DNA of 64,000 bases from Octopus sinensis (GCF_006345805.1 NC_043016.1:32116001-32180000), one strand, 5' to 3'. Shown: positions 1 to 63,535, numbered from the stretch's first letter. Notes: a model not told the origin generated them from the sequence alone. Translations and numbers: made by a program.

Positions 1-1916
1 TAACATGACATTTCTCTATTTTTTTTTTTTACCCGAAATTATAACTTTTTTCCTGCAATTTTATTTCTATTCTGCAATGTGGTAAAGTGTAAACAGAAAA
101 AATTCAACATTTAATGAAACATCATTTCATAACCTAAATGCCATATATTTTAAACTTACCATATAACAGAAACACAGAGAAGGGGGAAAATGAAAGCAAA
201 ATAGAGTAAAAGACCAACTACTACACTTAGAATAAATATCTGCTCAATTGATTCATTAATTCATTACTTTTTTTCTCATCAGTCAAATCATTAGTTTTTA
301 TAGGTTACTGTGACCTATATTTTCATTATTATGTAGAATATACGCACTGCTGAGTTGTTAGCTCTTAGATTATCATCAGCATTATAATTTTATGTCTTGT
401 TTTCCATACTGGTGTGGATAGGATGATTCTAAAGGATTTAAGTTGTCTGTGGATCACATCATACTCCAATGACTCATCTTTGGCATGGTTTCTACAGCTG
501 GATACCCTTCCTGACACCAGCCACTTTACAGAATGTACTGGGTGATTTCTTTTTTTTTATGTGGCACCAACATTGCAGAAGTTTCCTTGCCATCAGCAAG
601 ACTAAAGACCCCTCTCAAACCCTGTGTTACCTCTCTTTCACTTGGTTACAATCACCTATAGAATGTTTTGGGTCCTTTTTGCGGCGTGAGTACTCTTAAG
701 AAGGGGTTGAACTTACAACTTGCAAAATGTAAAGGAGACCTCATGATGGAAGGAACAAATTTATTGTTGTGAGAGGATCATCATCATCATCATCATTTAA
801 CGTCTGCTTTCCATGCTGGCATGGGTTAGCCAGTCTGACTGAAACTAGCAAGCTGGAGAGCTGCACCAAGTCCCACTCTGATTTGGCAAGACTGGTTTCC
901 ACAGGGGAATGCTCTTCTTAATACTAACCACTCCAAGAGTATAATGGGTGCTTTCATGTGCCACTGGCACCGGTGCCAGTTATGTGACACTGGCATTGGC
1001 CATAACTATGACTTCATTTGACTGATGAGTTTTCTCAAGCACAGTGTATCGCCAAAGATCTCAGTCACTTGTCATTGCCTCTGTGAGGCCCAACATTCAA
1101 ATATCATGGTTCGTCATCTTGTGGTAATGGATATTTCTTTTTCAATGACTGAATCTGGTGGAAGGAGTAATTGCCCATGATCTTTACTGGTCCACAAAGA
1201 TAGGTGAGCTTCTTAAGCGGTTGCTAGTCAATATCTGCCAGAATGACATGAACAGGGTAAAGATTCCAGAGGGCCAACATTCTGCAGAAGGATAGGATGG
1301 TCAATATGAGGCTGGGTGTCTGTGTGGGGTTGGGGTGGGGCTGTTGTATGCAGCAAGAGTAATGAAAACTGGAAAAATGAGTTGGCCAAGAACATCTGAT
1401 GTTGTTCAGCCAGCTTTGAAGAACAAAGGCCATGGTGGTAACCATAGGAGAGAGAGAGAGAAAATATCATGGCTGTTGGCCAGAGATTGGAACATGTCTG
1501 TTATTGGATTGAATACCAATCAGTTGTTCGGTTCACTTTTCTTTCATTGTAGGAAATATATTGAAAAATGGTTGTCAGAAAGTAAAGTAGATTTTTTTTC
1601 ACCTCTTTTTACAGGTACACAATTTTTTCTCCATTAGACGATCAACCATGCATGGACCATGACAGAAGTAGTGGTGAGGTAAGGACTTAAAAAAAAGATT
1701 TTAAAAAACTTATTAGCTTATATCTGTTTTAAACCTGTTGTTTGCCACCCCCCCACTCGTTAAAAATGTATTTATATTTCATTTTCATTTCATTTGAGTT
1801 TGAGTCCATGCTCAGGCCAAGTCGAAGACTCCACCCTCAGAGTCTGGTGTGGTTGCCAGGTTGTATTCTCTGTTTAATTTTGACATGTGTAGGAGCGAGT
1901 TTGAGTCAGTTTGTGC

Positions 1917-4900
1917 TCATTGTGTATATCCTAGGAGATGGGTTTCATCTCTAATGGTGCTTAAGTATCTATCCAGCTGCAATTTGAATGATTCCACACT
2001 GCATCCTGATAGATTTCTGACATGTACCGGAATGGAGTTGAATAGTTGTGCTCCTCGAACCAACAGACTTGACTCTCGCAGGGTTTTTGCTGCCTGGCCA
2101 GCCTTTTTGTTGATGGTGGTAGCTGGCAGCGTCTTCCGTGGCGCAGTGAGTGGTAGGTTTTGATACCAAAGTTTGGCACCTTTTGCTCTATCATTTTCCA
2201 AATGTATATAATTCGGTATCGCTCAAATCTTCTTTCTATTGAGTACATCTTCAAGGTTTTGAGTCTTTGCCAATAGTCCAGGTCCCTCGTTTCTGAGAAG
2301 TATGAGGTAAAATTTCTTTGGAGCGATTCCATCTTAGATAGTTGGCCCTTTGTTGTTGGTGACCACAACTGAGAACAGTAGTCAATCCTCGGAAGTATCA
2401 TACTGTTCCAGAGGGTTTTCATTGTTGAGGTATCTCTTGATTTGAAGGTGCGCAAGATCCACCCGCTGTACTTTCTTGCAGTAAGACAGACTGAGTCAAG
2501 GTATTCTCTGAATTTTAGGCTGGTTCCCAATGTGGATGCCTAAATCTTTCACATACTGTTTTTCCATTATTTGTTGTCCTGATGGGTTTCTGTAGTTTGT
2601 TGTATTTTTTAGATCTTGATCTGTTCCGTAGCGAATTAGTTCAAACTTCTTATCATTGAACAACATGTTGTTTGTTTCCTGCCATTTATATATGGTGGTC
2701 AGGTCCTTTTGTAAGGCCTCTGTATCCACCTCGTCTTTGATTTGTCTCATGACCCTGGTGTCATCAGCAAAGGATGAGACGTTGCTGGTTGTATCTTCAT
2801 CTATGTCAGAGATGAGGATGAGAAACAGGATTGGGCCGAGTACTGTACCCTGAGGAACACTGCTGGTCACAGGTGATGGTGTTGAATGGGTTCCATTCAC
2901 AGTGACTGTTTGAGTTCTATTTGTAAGGAACTCATGTATGCATGTACCAACTTTTCCTCCTACTCCTAGCTTTCGAAGTTTGTGACCAGGATGCCATGAT
3001 CTACCTTGTCAAATGCCTTGGCAAAGTCAAGGTAAATAACATCTGTGTTGTATCCATTCTCTAGATTTTCTAGGATTTGGTCATGGTGTGCCAGTAGTGG
3101 GAAAGACATGATCTACCTAACCTGAATCCATGCTGGTTGCAATTCATCAGATTGTTGGATTCCAGGAACTTAACCAGTTTTCCACGAACTATTCTTTCGA
3201 AGACCTTGATAATGTGTGATGTCAGTGAGATTGGTCGGTAGTTCTTTGGTTTTGATTTGCTGTCCCCTTTATGTATTGGAGTTATGTGGTCTTTATATGT
3301 ATTTGGTATTTTGCCATCTCCATAGATTCCCTCCATATCATGTAAAGGGGTTTCAACAATTGTACCTTGCAGTTTTTAAGTATCATGGCATTGAAACCGT
3401 CAGGCCCCGCAGCCGAGTGCATGGAGAGCCTTGTCTATGGCTCTTTCTATGTCTTCTGGGTTGAAATCAATGTCGGATAAGGTAGGTTTAGTATGGTCGA
3501 TATCCTTGAAGAATTTTCCTGGGTCATGGATCTTCATGGTTTTAGATGGCTCACTGAAGACACTTTCATACTGTTGACCCAACATTTCTGCCATTTCAAT
3601 AGGGTTATTCACTACATCCCCATTTTGTCTCTGGAGAGGTCCTATTGTTGACTTGGTATTCGAGTATTTCTTTGCAAAACTGTAGAAACATTTTGGATTT
3701 TTTTGATGTTTTCTATGGCTCTCTTTTCTGCATTGTTACGTTCTTCATCATAGTGTTGTTTTAGATTGTCTTCTAATCTGTATATTTGGTCAAGGACTTT
3801 CTGTAATTCATGTTTTGATGTCAGCTTAGATGTTTTGTTTCTTAGTCTTGACCTTTTGCGCATCAGGATCTTTCGCCCGTGGTACAGGTTTTTTTGTGGA
3901 TTTGGTTTCTTAGAGGAATATTTTTTGCACATATTTCTTCGATCTTTTTTAAGAATTTCTGTGTTTATCTGGCCCAGTAAGGTAGAGATCCCAGTCAATG
4001 ATTTGTAACTGGTTGTAATAGTTTCCCAATTTGCCTGGTGATAATCATACCTGCATAGCTTTGGCATGTCTTTTGTTTAAGAGTTGTGGCATTGGGCTCA
4101 TTACCAATGTGTAAATGCATTTCAATAATATTGTGGTCTGAAAGGATTGTTGGGGTTGAGTGAAGGTCAAATAGCGTGTCCTCGTTGTTGGTGAAAACCA
4201 AGTCGATCGTATTATTATTTTTGTTGCTTCTGTCATCATTTGTTTGAGGTATAATTTCTCTGTGACTTCCAACAGTTTGGCTGCCTGTATTTGTTCAGCT
4301 TTTGTCTCCAGTTTTAGTATGTGTCCATGTGGCCAGATGATGTTAGGGAAGTTGAAGTCACAAGGAGGATAATGTCTGGCATTGGACTCGCCATGTTTCC
4401 CAGAAATTGTTGGAGCTTTGTCAGTGGCTCAGTGAAGGATAATGTTGGGCTGTTTGGCGGTCTGTACATTATTGTTACAAACTGTATTAAGTTGGATGAT
4501 TTTTATGCACAGCAGGTTGCAGTAGGCATTTGATTCATTGACAAGTTCTATGCATGCATAGGTATCATGGATATACATGATAACGCCCCCATGGGATCTG
4601 CCTTGTCTATCACATCTGAAGATGTTGAATCTATTGATTGTGATTTCGCTGTTGCGGATGTTTTCGTTGAGATGACTTTCAGTAATTCCAATTATTTTGG
4701 AGTTGTTTTCTGTTGCTAATTCTTCCAAGAAAGGGACTTTACACTGTTTTGTTTTCGGATAAAGACTCTGGATATTTGCTGTTATTATGCTTGTTGTACC
4801 GGATACATCTGCCCTATGTTGGCAAGACTGTTGTAGTTGCTGGGACTGTGTGCTGACTGGATATTGGTCTGCTGGGCTGTCTGTATTTGTTGTATGTGCC

Positions 4901-5010
4901 CTGTAAGTCCAGGTGTCAGCCTTTGTATCAATGTTGCCTGGTTTTGCTGAGTCATCTGTATGGAGTACAGCTGTTGTTGTAGTTGGTAGATTATGCCTAA
5001 AAAACTGCTT
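1917..5010 (-). pseudogene. LINE ORF2 (APE endonuclease + reverse transcriptase), frameshifted
   Basis: ORF fragments 4429-4728, 3995-4201, 3642-4067, 3400-3612, 3070-3336, 2496-2900, 1961-2530 and 1917-2201 concatenate to APE-RT. The first frame is open back to a TGA at 5011-5013 with no ATG before the APE domain. Confidence 0.88.
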
Positions 5011-5650
5011 TCATTCATTACTATATCGAATTTCTGCGAGTTTGGGTTTGTTACAGCTGATGTATGCAATTGAGTAGCATGATTTTCATTCACTGTTGAA
5101 CCATGACCTGGTTTCCGCATTTTTGGGAAATGGTTTTCATACCCTGCTGAGCTTGGTCCTGGTGGTGTGGGTTCAGTAGTTTTTATGCGAATTGTACCCT
5201 TCCGGTGCATAAATTTGCAATTCTCGCCAAAACATTCTTTTTTCTCAGCGAATTGCGGCACATCTTTGGGTGAAGGAGTTCACATTCTCGGCCATTTTGG
5301 CATCCTTTTTTTCGATCAGTACCGAAGTTGATATATGGTTGCATGGTTTGGGGTGACTGTATGTGCACCCTTACCTGAAAGACCATGTTTGCACTTGTTG
5401 CTCCTGTAATGGATACATACTGGCCTTTCTTCATTTGAGCGTTTGCTCTGAATCTGTTTCTTTTCGTGGGAAGTTTGGTCTTTTTCTGCAGGATCTCCTG
5501 TTTCTTGTTTTGTAGGTGTTTGCATGTCATTGTCTTCATTCTTGTCATTTACAAGAGGCACTTGGATGGCCTGTGTGTGGCAGGATTTATTTGCCATGTC
5601 AGTTTCGCCAATCAATGTCTGTTTAGAATGGCCTGTCTGTGGTAGGTTCC
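4785..5650 (-). pseudogene. LINE ORF1 C-terminal part: three CCCH-type zinc fingers and a Q-rich tail
   Basis: Joining ORFs 5316-5615, 5183-5548 and 4785-5261 gives CIHYRSNKCKHG..C..H / C..GCQNGRECELLH / CRNSLRKKECFGENCKFMH, then a Q-rich region ending TAA at 4785. Confidence 0.78.
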
Positions 5651-6632
5651 TAGGTTCATTCGTTATTGTGGAAAAAAAATCTCAATTTTTTTTTGTTTTT
5701 TATTAGGGTGTATTTATTGTGGGAATAATGCCTCTTTTGTGTACTGCTAAGATATAGTGATGTAAACAAACCAACACTGGTTGTTAAGCGTGGTGTGGGG
5801 ACAAACACAAAGGCACACACATATATGTGATTGGCTTCTTCGAGTTTCTGTCTACCAAATCCACTCACAAGGCTTTGGTCGGCCTGGGGCTATGGTAGAA
5901 TGCACTGGCCCAAGATGCCATGCAGTGGGATTTGAACCCAGAATCATGTGATTGGGAAGCAAGCTTCTTACCATGCAGCCATATCTTAGCATTGTTCATG
6001 TATTTGCACAACTCAGCAATTACTTTTCACTTGTTTCAGTCATTGGACTGTGGCTATACTGGAGCACTGCCTCAAAGGGTTTAGTTGAACTAATCAATCC
6101 CAGTATTCATTTTAGCCACTGCCGGGTAGTGTGTTTAATTCGTTCATTGAACACTGTTGTGAATTCCCCCTTGATTTTCAAAAATCCCTCCTTGGGGAAA
6201 TTTGCTCTATTTTTCAAATCCCGCCAGCAACACTAGCTGGAAGCAGGATAATAATCTAATTCTACACATTCAAGAATATAAACATGTTTTTCAGCACAAC
6301 AGATGCAAAGTCAAACATAAACACTACCTTTCACCGGCATTGCGTGAACAACAGTGCACTCTCTCCTTAACATGAAGCTTCCTATCTCGGATATGTGAGC
6401 ATGCGCACAACAGCCAAACACCATGTTGCTAGAACTGTGAAGCGCACAATTCTATACAAGAATTTTTTTCTTTTTTTTTCATAAACTAGGAGATGGCTAT
6501 TGACATTAAAGCTTAAGGATTATATAATGTACAAGTATAAAGAAAGAATTAAAGAAAAAAGAACACATTGTACTTCACTAGCAGAACTACTTGTATTCAC
6601 TAAATGATGTTTCTTCATTTCTCTTTTTGCAG

Positions 6633-56726
<50,094 letters not shown>

Positions 56727-57941
56727 GTAAGTTCACATCTTTGTTTTTCCCCTAAAGCTATTGATTCCTGGGGTTAAATAACAGTAACAATCATCCTAAC
56801 CAGTGCTGCCACATTATGTTGGCAAATAATCTTCACTCTAGAGTACTGTTACTGAATGTCTCTCGTTCAGAGATTTAGAAATGATAATTTGCTATCCGTG
56901 CTGGTGGCATGTAAAAAGCACCATTCGAGCATGATTGTTACCTGCATCGCCTTACTGGCACTTGTGCTGGTGGTATGTGAAAAAACATTTGAGCGTGGCC
57001 GTTGCCAGTTCTGCCTGAATGGCCCTCGTGCCAGTGGCACATAAAAGCACCCACTACACTTGTGGTTGGCATTAGGAAGGGCATCCAGCTGTAGAAACTA
57101 CCAGATCAGATTGGAGCCTGGTGCAGCCATCTGGTTTGCCAGTCCTCAGTCAAATCGTCCAACCCATGCTAGCATGGAAAGCGAATGTTGAACGATGATG
57201 ATGATGATAATTATGCATATCTTCAAATGCATTTCTTTCTGTGAGAGTTATAAGTGGTCACGTCTGTTTGGCCACTGATTCATATCTTGTTTCTTACTAA
57301 TACAGAACAATGTTTCCGCATAGGTGCTACAAGGAAGTCTAGGTCACCGAAATTGGAAAAACTGCATTTGTAAGCTATTAAATATCTTGTTCTGAAATGA
57401 ATTAATGCAAATGAATTTAGTTTCCTGGATGTCCTTAAAGATCCTTGTTTGTTCTTTGTTTTCAAAGGTGGTCAAGATTTCACCTCATAGACACTGACAA
57501 TATTTTTTAACCCTTTAGCATTCAGACTACTCAGTCAAATGCGATGCATATCATTCATTGTTTTGAATTAATCATGCATTTTTTTGCAGCTTCAAGATTT
57601 TGATGACATTATAGTATATTTTTAGAATGATATTGTAGGGTACATGTGTGAGTCCTGATCTGGCTGGTTTGAACATAAAATGGGTAGAATGTTTGGGCCA
57701 GATACGTCTAGTTTATCTCACCACAACTCCCTACCCTAAACCTTTCTTCAGGGCAGAGTTAAGGGAGGGCTGAAAGTGAGGCAGTTAGAGAAAATCTTTG
57801 TTTCACAACATATTCATAGGTGGCTGCTGGTCTTCCATAAACAACCTTGTCTGGATTTGTGCCTCAGAGGGGAACTTTCTAGGTGCAGTCCCATGGTCAT
57901 TCATGACCAAAGGGGGTTTTACCTATTACCCTATGTGTATA

Positions 57942-59542
57942 CATTTGTGGCCAAAATGTTCAGAACGGCATTGTTTTCGTCAGAAAAGCAGGTATAATTT
58001 TTTATCAAAGTTGTTTTATATTCTATAATTTTCACAGACAATAAATACAATATTATTTGTTATTGTCTGAGATTTTGGTGTAATTTGAGAGGATAATACA
58101 AAAGTTATGGATGATTTAGTGATTTACTGCAAAACCCATGGCGACCAAAATGATCAGAACAGTTGCTTTTACTCCATGTTTTAGTATATTTAACTGGCGA
58201 ACTCTAATGTTTTGAATTTGTTTACATGATGGTTCGTTTACTAAACATTAGTAAGAATATCTGCAGTGTACTTTGTTAATATAATGCCACTTACTCCGTT
58301 ACCAATTCATCAGCAGATTATTAAGCGTCGAAAGAAGGATAATTTAAGTATTGGGTCTATTGCAAAGATTGTTAACAAGTCAAACAGTGTTGTTCACGTT
58401 ATTCTTAAGGTCTACGATGATTGTGGTTCGTGTGAAGCAAGAAAGTCTACGACCAAAAGAGAAGATCGTGCTATGGTAAAGTTGGTTAAAAAGGACAGAT
58501 TTAAAACTGCTGCTGCTGTTTCTCAGGAAATGAGCATTGTACTGAAGAAAACTTTATCTCGAAAAACTGTGTCTTGTCATTTAGTTGAACATGACCTACA
58601 AGCAAGAGCACCTGCAGTGAAGCCACTGATCAGCTCCAAGAATAAAAAGTGTCGTCTTACCTTTGCAACCGAACATGTGTTGTGGTCTCAAGGAAAAAGG
58701 CAAACGGTGCATTTCAGTGATGAATCTAAGTTTATGTTATTTGACTCAGTTTATGTTTATTTGGCTCAGTTTATGTTATTTCGTTGAAAAGTAGGTGAAA
58801 AATTGTCGCCTAAATGCCTTAAGACTAGTGTTAAATTCAGTGGAGGAAGTGTCATGGTATGGGCCCTTTGGTGCGATTACATGGAAAGGTAAATGCAGGA
58901 GTTTATAAACAACTTGTAAAAGATCACCTCTTGCTTGTACTGAGAAATTCAACTAAGCAACCACCCATATTCATGCAGGACAATGCCCTATGTCACAAGG
59001 CTAAGGTGGTCATGAACTTCCTCAAGGCTGAAAAGGTTATTGTTATGGATTGGCCTGCTCAAAGCCCAGATCTCAATCCTATTGAAAATGTGTGGAATAT
59101 TCCTAGGAGAACATTCGAAAGCCAGAAATCGTAAAACGACGAGCAATTATGGAATGCCCTTCAGGAAGAATGGAATAAGATCACCCAGCAAGAAATTGAA
59201 AATTTAATTTCCTCATGCAGTCGAAGGTGTCAAAGTGTGATTGAAGCTAAAGGGCTTCACACTATATATTAAATAATTCCAGTATTCTCTGTCATTTTTG
59301 ATTATTTTGTTATTTTTTCAACCGTTCTGATCATTTTGGCCGCCAAGGGTTTTGCAGTAAATCACTAAATCATCCATAACTTTTGTATTATCCTCTCAAA
59401 TTACACCAAAATCTCAGACAATAACAAATAATATCGTATTTATTATCTGTGAAAATTATAGAATATAAAACAACTTTGATAAAAACTTATACCTACTTTT
59501 CTGACGAAAACAATGCTGTTCTGAACATTTTGGCCGCAACTG
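57942..59542 (+). mobile_element. Full-length Tc1-family DNA transposon (IR/DR type), 1601 bp
   Basis: ~225-bp TIRs, each with two direct repeats (ggccaaaatgttcagaac / gaccaaaatgatcagaac); TA on both sides. Confidence 0.95.
58284..59272 (+). pseudogene. Tc1 transposase (DD34E), disrupted
   Basis: HTH-like N-terminus, FSDESKF, QDNA and WPAQSPDLNPIENVW with 34 residues between D and E; frameshifts, a stop and a local duplication at about 58731-58787. Confidence 0.92.
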
Positions 59543-59666
59543 TATACAGGCATGGAGATGGGAGGCTGGTATGCATGGGCGACTGCTGGTATGCCTGGGT
59601 GGCTGCTGGTCTTCCATAAACAAACTTTCCCAACTTGTGCCTTGGAGGGAAACTTTCTAGGTGCAA

Positions 59667-59766
59667 NNNNNNNNNNNNNNNNNNNNNNNNNNNNNNNNNN
59701 NNNNNNNNNNNNNNNNNNNNNNNNNNNNNNNNNNNNNNNNNNNNNNNNNNNNNNNNNNNNNNNNNN
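59667..59766. other. Assembly gap (100 N)
   Basis: Run of n. Confidence 1.
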
Positions 59767-59799
59767 AAGTAAATTGCCTTTCCATATTTATTACTATTC

Positions 59800-60205
59800 A
59801 GTTACAAAGCAAAAGCAAACATTTATTCAAATCCTTCAAATTTGATAAATTTTTCACAATAATCTGGGAGGATCACAGTTCATTCATGCATACACGATCC
59901 ATTTTGTATATCAAAGTCAAGTGGGAGCGCGAACCCTTCCACACTTTTAGTGAACGACTTTTCTCTAGTTGTCATCCATTCAGTCCATAAATCACTTTAT
60001 GACTTCATTGCTTTCAGGCATAGTTTAGGTATTTTCGCGCCCAACATCACAAATGTGTCTGAATAAACATTGCTGGACAGCAAATAGAGATTCGGACATT
60101 GGCATAGAAAATATTTTTCATTTTTAACCTCGTATATAGTACGCATTAGGGATTTTGACCTTTAAATTTGGGGAAAAATACGGATTATACTCGAGGACTT
60201 ATGGT
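59800..60205 (-). mobile_element. Possible pogo-like transposon relic
   Basis: Minus strand WTEWMTTREKSFTK..RVRAP resembles a pogo transposase C-terminus; terminal ggattatactcgagg motif. Confidence 0.4.
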
Positions 60206-60835
60206 CATTAGTTATACCAAAATGAATCTCAGAATCATCATAAATAGATAAGTTAAATAAAATAAAAGTCAAAAGAAAAAGAAAAAAAAGAAAGTGAGAA
60301 GGTATAAACCAGTTGGTGCTACATTCTGACCCACTGTGAAAATTCGACTGACTAGAAATTTAGAAAATAATTAGGCGTAGTTATAATTTAGTGGACATTT
60401 CTAAATATGGGGGTAAGGCATGGGTTAAATATATAACTAAATAAGCAATTTGGTTAAATTAAAAAATAAAATAAAAAGTAAGAAATAAGGTGCAGGATGG
60501 CTGTGTGGTAAGTAGCTTGCTTACCAACCACATGGGTTCCGGGTTCAGTATGTATGTATATGTATGGTGTGTGTATATGTCTGCGTGTCTGTGGTTTGTT
60601 CCCCTAGCATTGCTTGACAACCAATGCTGGTCTGTTTACGTCCCTGTCCTTAGCAGTTTGGCAAAAGAGACCGATAGAAAAGTCTGGGCTTACAAAGAAT
60701 AGTCCCGGGGTCGCTTTGCTCGCTAAAGGTGGTGCTCCAGCTGGCCACAGTCAAAATGATAAACAAGTAAAAAGAGTAAAAGAGTAATATATATATATAC
60801 ATTATATAATATATATATTATATATATATACACAC

Positions 60836-60875
<40 letters not shown>

Positions 60876-62394
60876 TATAATATATATATATATATGATAA
60901 GCAATATCCACGTAGGGATTGTTACAAAACAATCCAGATGCCAACTAGGTTTTAAACACAAACATTGGTAGAAAGTTCCTCATATATGGTATAAACAGTG
61001 TCATAAAATATTTTAGGATAGCTTTGGGTTGTTTTGTTGATGTGGTTCCTTTTATACTTGTTCTTGTAGGTATATCTTTTAATCTTTTAATTTGCATTAC
61101 TTTTTACTTTTCCACCAATTGTGATAGAAATAAAATGAACCAAGCATCTCTTATATTTTTTTCTTCTACATTTTCTTTTATTGACTTTTAAATTTTATAT
61201 ATATATGGTTGAAATTTACAGAAAAACAAAAGATGAAGACAGGTGTATAAACAACAAGCAGGTGTATTAGTCTAATACTTCAGGAAAGTGAGAAAGTCTT
61301 TTATGATTTATATATGACCTTTTTTGGAAGCACTCCGTCGGTTACAACGACGAGGTTCCAGTTGATCCGAATCAACGGAAACAGCCTGCTCGTGAAATTA
61401 ACGTGTAAGTGGCTGAGCACTCCACTCCACACCACGTACCCTTAACGTAGTTCTTGGGATATTCGCGTGACACAGAGAGTGACAAGGCCAGCCTTTGAAA
61501 AAATACAGGTACAACAAATAACAGGAAGTAAGAGTGAAGAAAGTTGTGGTTAAGAGTACACAGGGACCACCACCATCCCCTGCCGGAGCCTCATGGAGCT
61601 GTAGGTGTTTTTCGCTCAATATATACCAATACCATCATAGACAAACAAAATGATGATGATGATGATGATGATGGTGGTAGTGGTGGTGATGTGGTCTGTA
61701 TTCATATTGTACATAGATTAATTAGAAATTGGTTTACCGTTAGAACCTAAGCACCATAAATAGACACCGTGTGCTGAAACAGGCACACATTCTTTGTTGC
61801 TGTAATTCCTAAGGTCGGTCCCTGTGATGCTACTAATTAAAATCCATTCCGTATTTACTTAATTGATGGCTGTTTAAAATGATGTGAAAGAACCAGCCCA
61901 TCGTCCCTATAGAAACTGCGTCTAGTGTATTGAACTGAGTCTTGAGTTTATCATATAATGATTATGAATCTCACCAACTTTCACCATCCACCATCAATCC
62001 ATTCCTCCCATGCTAAACATCAAAAGGGGGTCATTAACAGCCTTTAACCCACACCAGAATCGTTAAATGAACAAAAAAAGAAGAAAGAAGAAAAAAAAAA
62101 TGTAACAGCATTTACTCATGTATGATAATTTCAATATCCCTGCTATAAATGGTTTACGAGGTATCTTAACATACAGAATACTCAGCCATTTTCTGATGTG
62201 ATCTCACTTTTTTCATAATTGACAACTTGCAAATATCATATATTGCTCACACATGCACACACGCACACATGTGTGTACACATGCACACACACAGATGCAC
62301 ATACACGTGCATACACACTTACACACATGCACTTGTACATGTATACGTGTGACGTGTGTGTGTGTGTGTGTATATATATATGTATTTGTGTGTG

Positions 62395-62427
<33 letters not shown>

Positions 62428-62596
62428 GTCAATATACAGATATTATTTTCACAACAAGCAACACCACACACACATATTATATATATATATATATATATAA
62501 GCACAAACATGTTCCAAGCATACACATAGAAATATTTATGTATGTGGTATGCAGGTTTGTATGTAATATGTGTGATGTATATGTATGTATATATGT

Positions 62597-62665
<69 letters not shown>

Positions 62666-62944
62666 GTACATGTACATATATATATATATGTGTGTGAATA
62701 ATCTCATCATCATCATCATCATCGTTAAACGTCCGTTTTCCGCGCTAGCACGGGTTGACGGTTTCGACCGGGGTCTGGGGAGCTCGGACTGCCCCAGGCT
62801 CCAGTCTAGTCTGGCAGTGTTTCTACAGCTGGATGCCCTTCCTAACGCCAACCACTCCGCGAGTGTAGTGGGTGTTTTTTACGTGCCACCTGCACAGGTG
62901 CCAGAGGGGTCTGGCATCGGCCACGTTCGGATGGTGCTTTTTAT

Positions 62945-63535
62945 GGGGGGGTGCAGAAATATAGGGGAGCACCAGTGGGAGGGGTGGTTCAGAGGACAGG
63001 TACTAGTCAAGTAGAACGTAGGATATCGAGAGAGGGGTAATGCATGGTGAAATAGCGTATTGAAGAGGGGGGTTCAAAGAGTAGACACCTATAATGGTGG
63101 GGGGGGTGCAGAAATATAGGGGAGCAGCGTATTGAAGAGGGGTTTGAAGAGGGGGGTCAAAGAGTAGACACCTAAATGGTGGTGGGGGTGCAGAAATATA
63201 GGGGGAGCACCAGTGGGAGGGTGGGCACCAGTGGGAGGGGTGTTTCAGAGGACAGGTTCTAGGCAAGTAGAACGTAGGATATCGAGAGAGGGTAATGCAT
63301 GGTGAAATAGCGTATTGAAAGAGGGGGGGTTCAAAGAGTAGACACCCATAATGGTGGTGGGGGGATGCAGAAATATAGGGGAGCACCAGTGGGAGGGGTG
63401 AGCACCAGTGGGAGGGGTGGTCCAGAGGACAGGTTCTAGGCAAGTAGAACGTAGGATATCGAGAGAGGGGTAATGCATGGTGAAATAGCGTATTGAAGAG
63501 GGGTTTCAAAGAGTAGACACCTATAATGGTGGTGG
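62945..63535. repeat. G-rich tandem repeat, about 3.5 units of ~155-185 bp
   Basis: Recurring gcagaaatataggggagcaccagtgggagggg...gtagaacgtaggatatcgagagagggg...caaagagtagacacc. Confidence 0.88.

Larger units (their letters stand above)
1775..5665 (-). mobile_element. CR1-type non-LTR retrotransposon (LINE), 5'-truncated within ORF1, antisense in a LARS1 intron
   Basis: APE motifs (ITESHL, DRQGRSHGGV, SDHNII), RT motifs (YRPISLTS, QHGF, DFAKAFDKVDH, VPQGTVLGP, FADD), CR1-type C-terminus (DYCSQLWSP, SIERRFER) and an (AATG)-like microsatellite 3' tail near 1775-1795. Several frameshifts. Confidence 0.93.

Noticed and set aside
1022-1040. CTGATGAG possible hammerhead core
   Set aside because: No GAAA or stem III follows; it lies within a SINE-like repeat.
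1120-1680. Possible old retroelement relic (similar case at 52560-52830)
   Set aside because: No diagnostic motif could be identified by eye.
60955-60985. TNIGRKFL peptide resembling a Penelope RT-linker motif
   Set aside because: Only 8 residues with no supporting flanking motifs.
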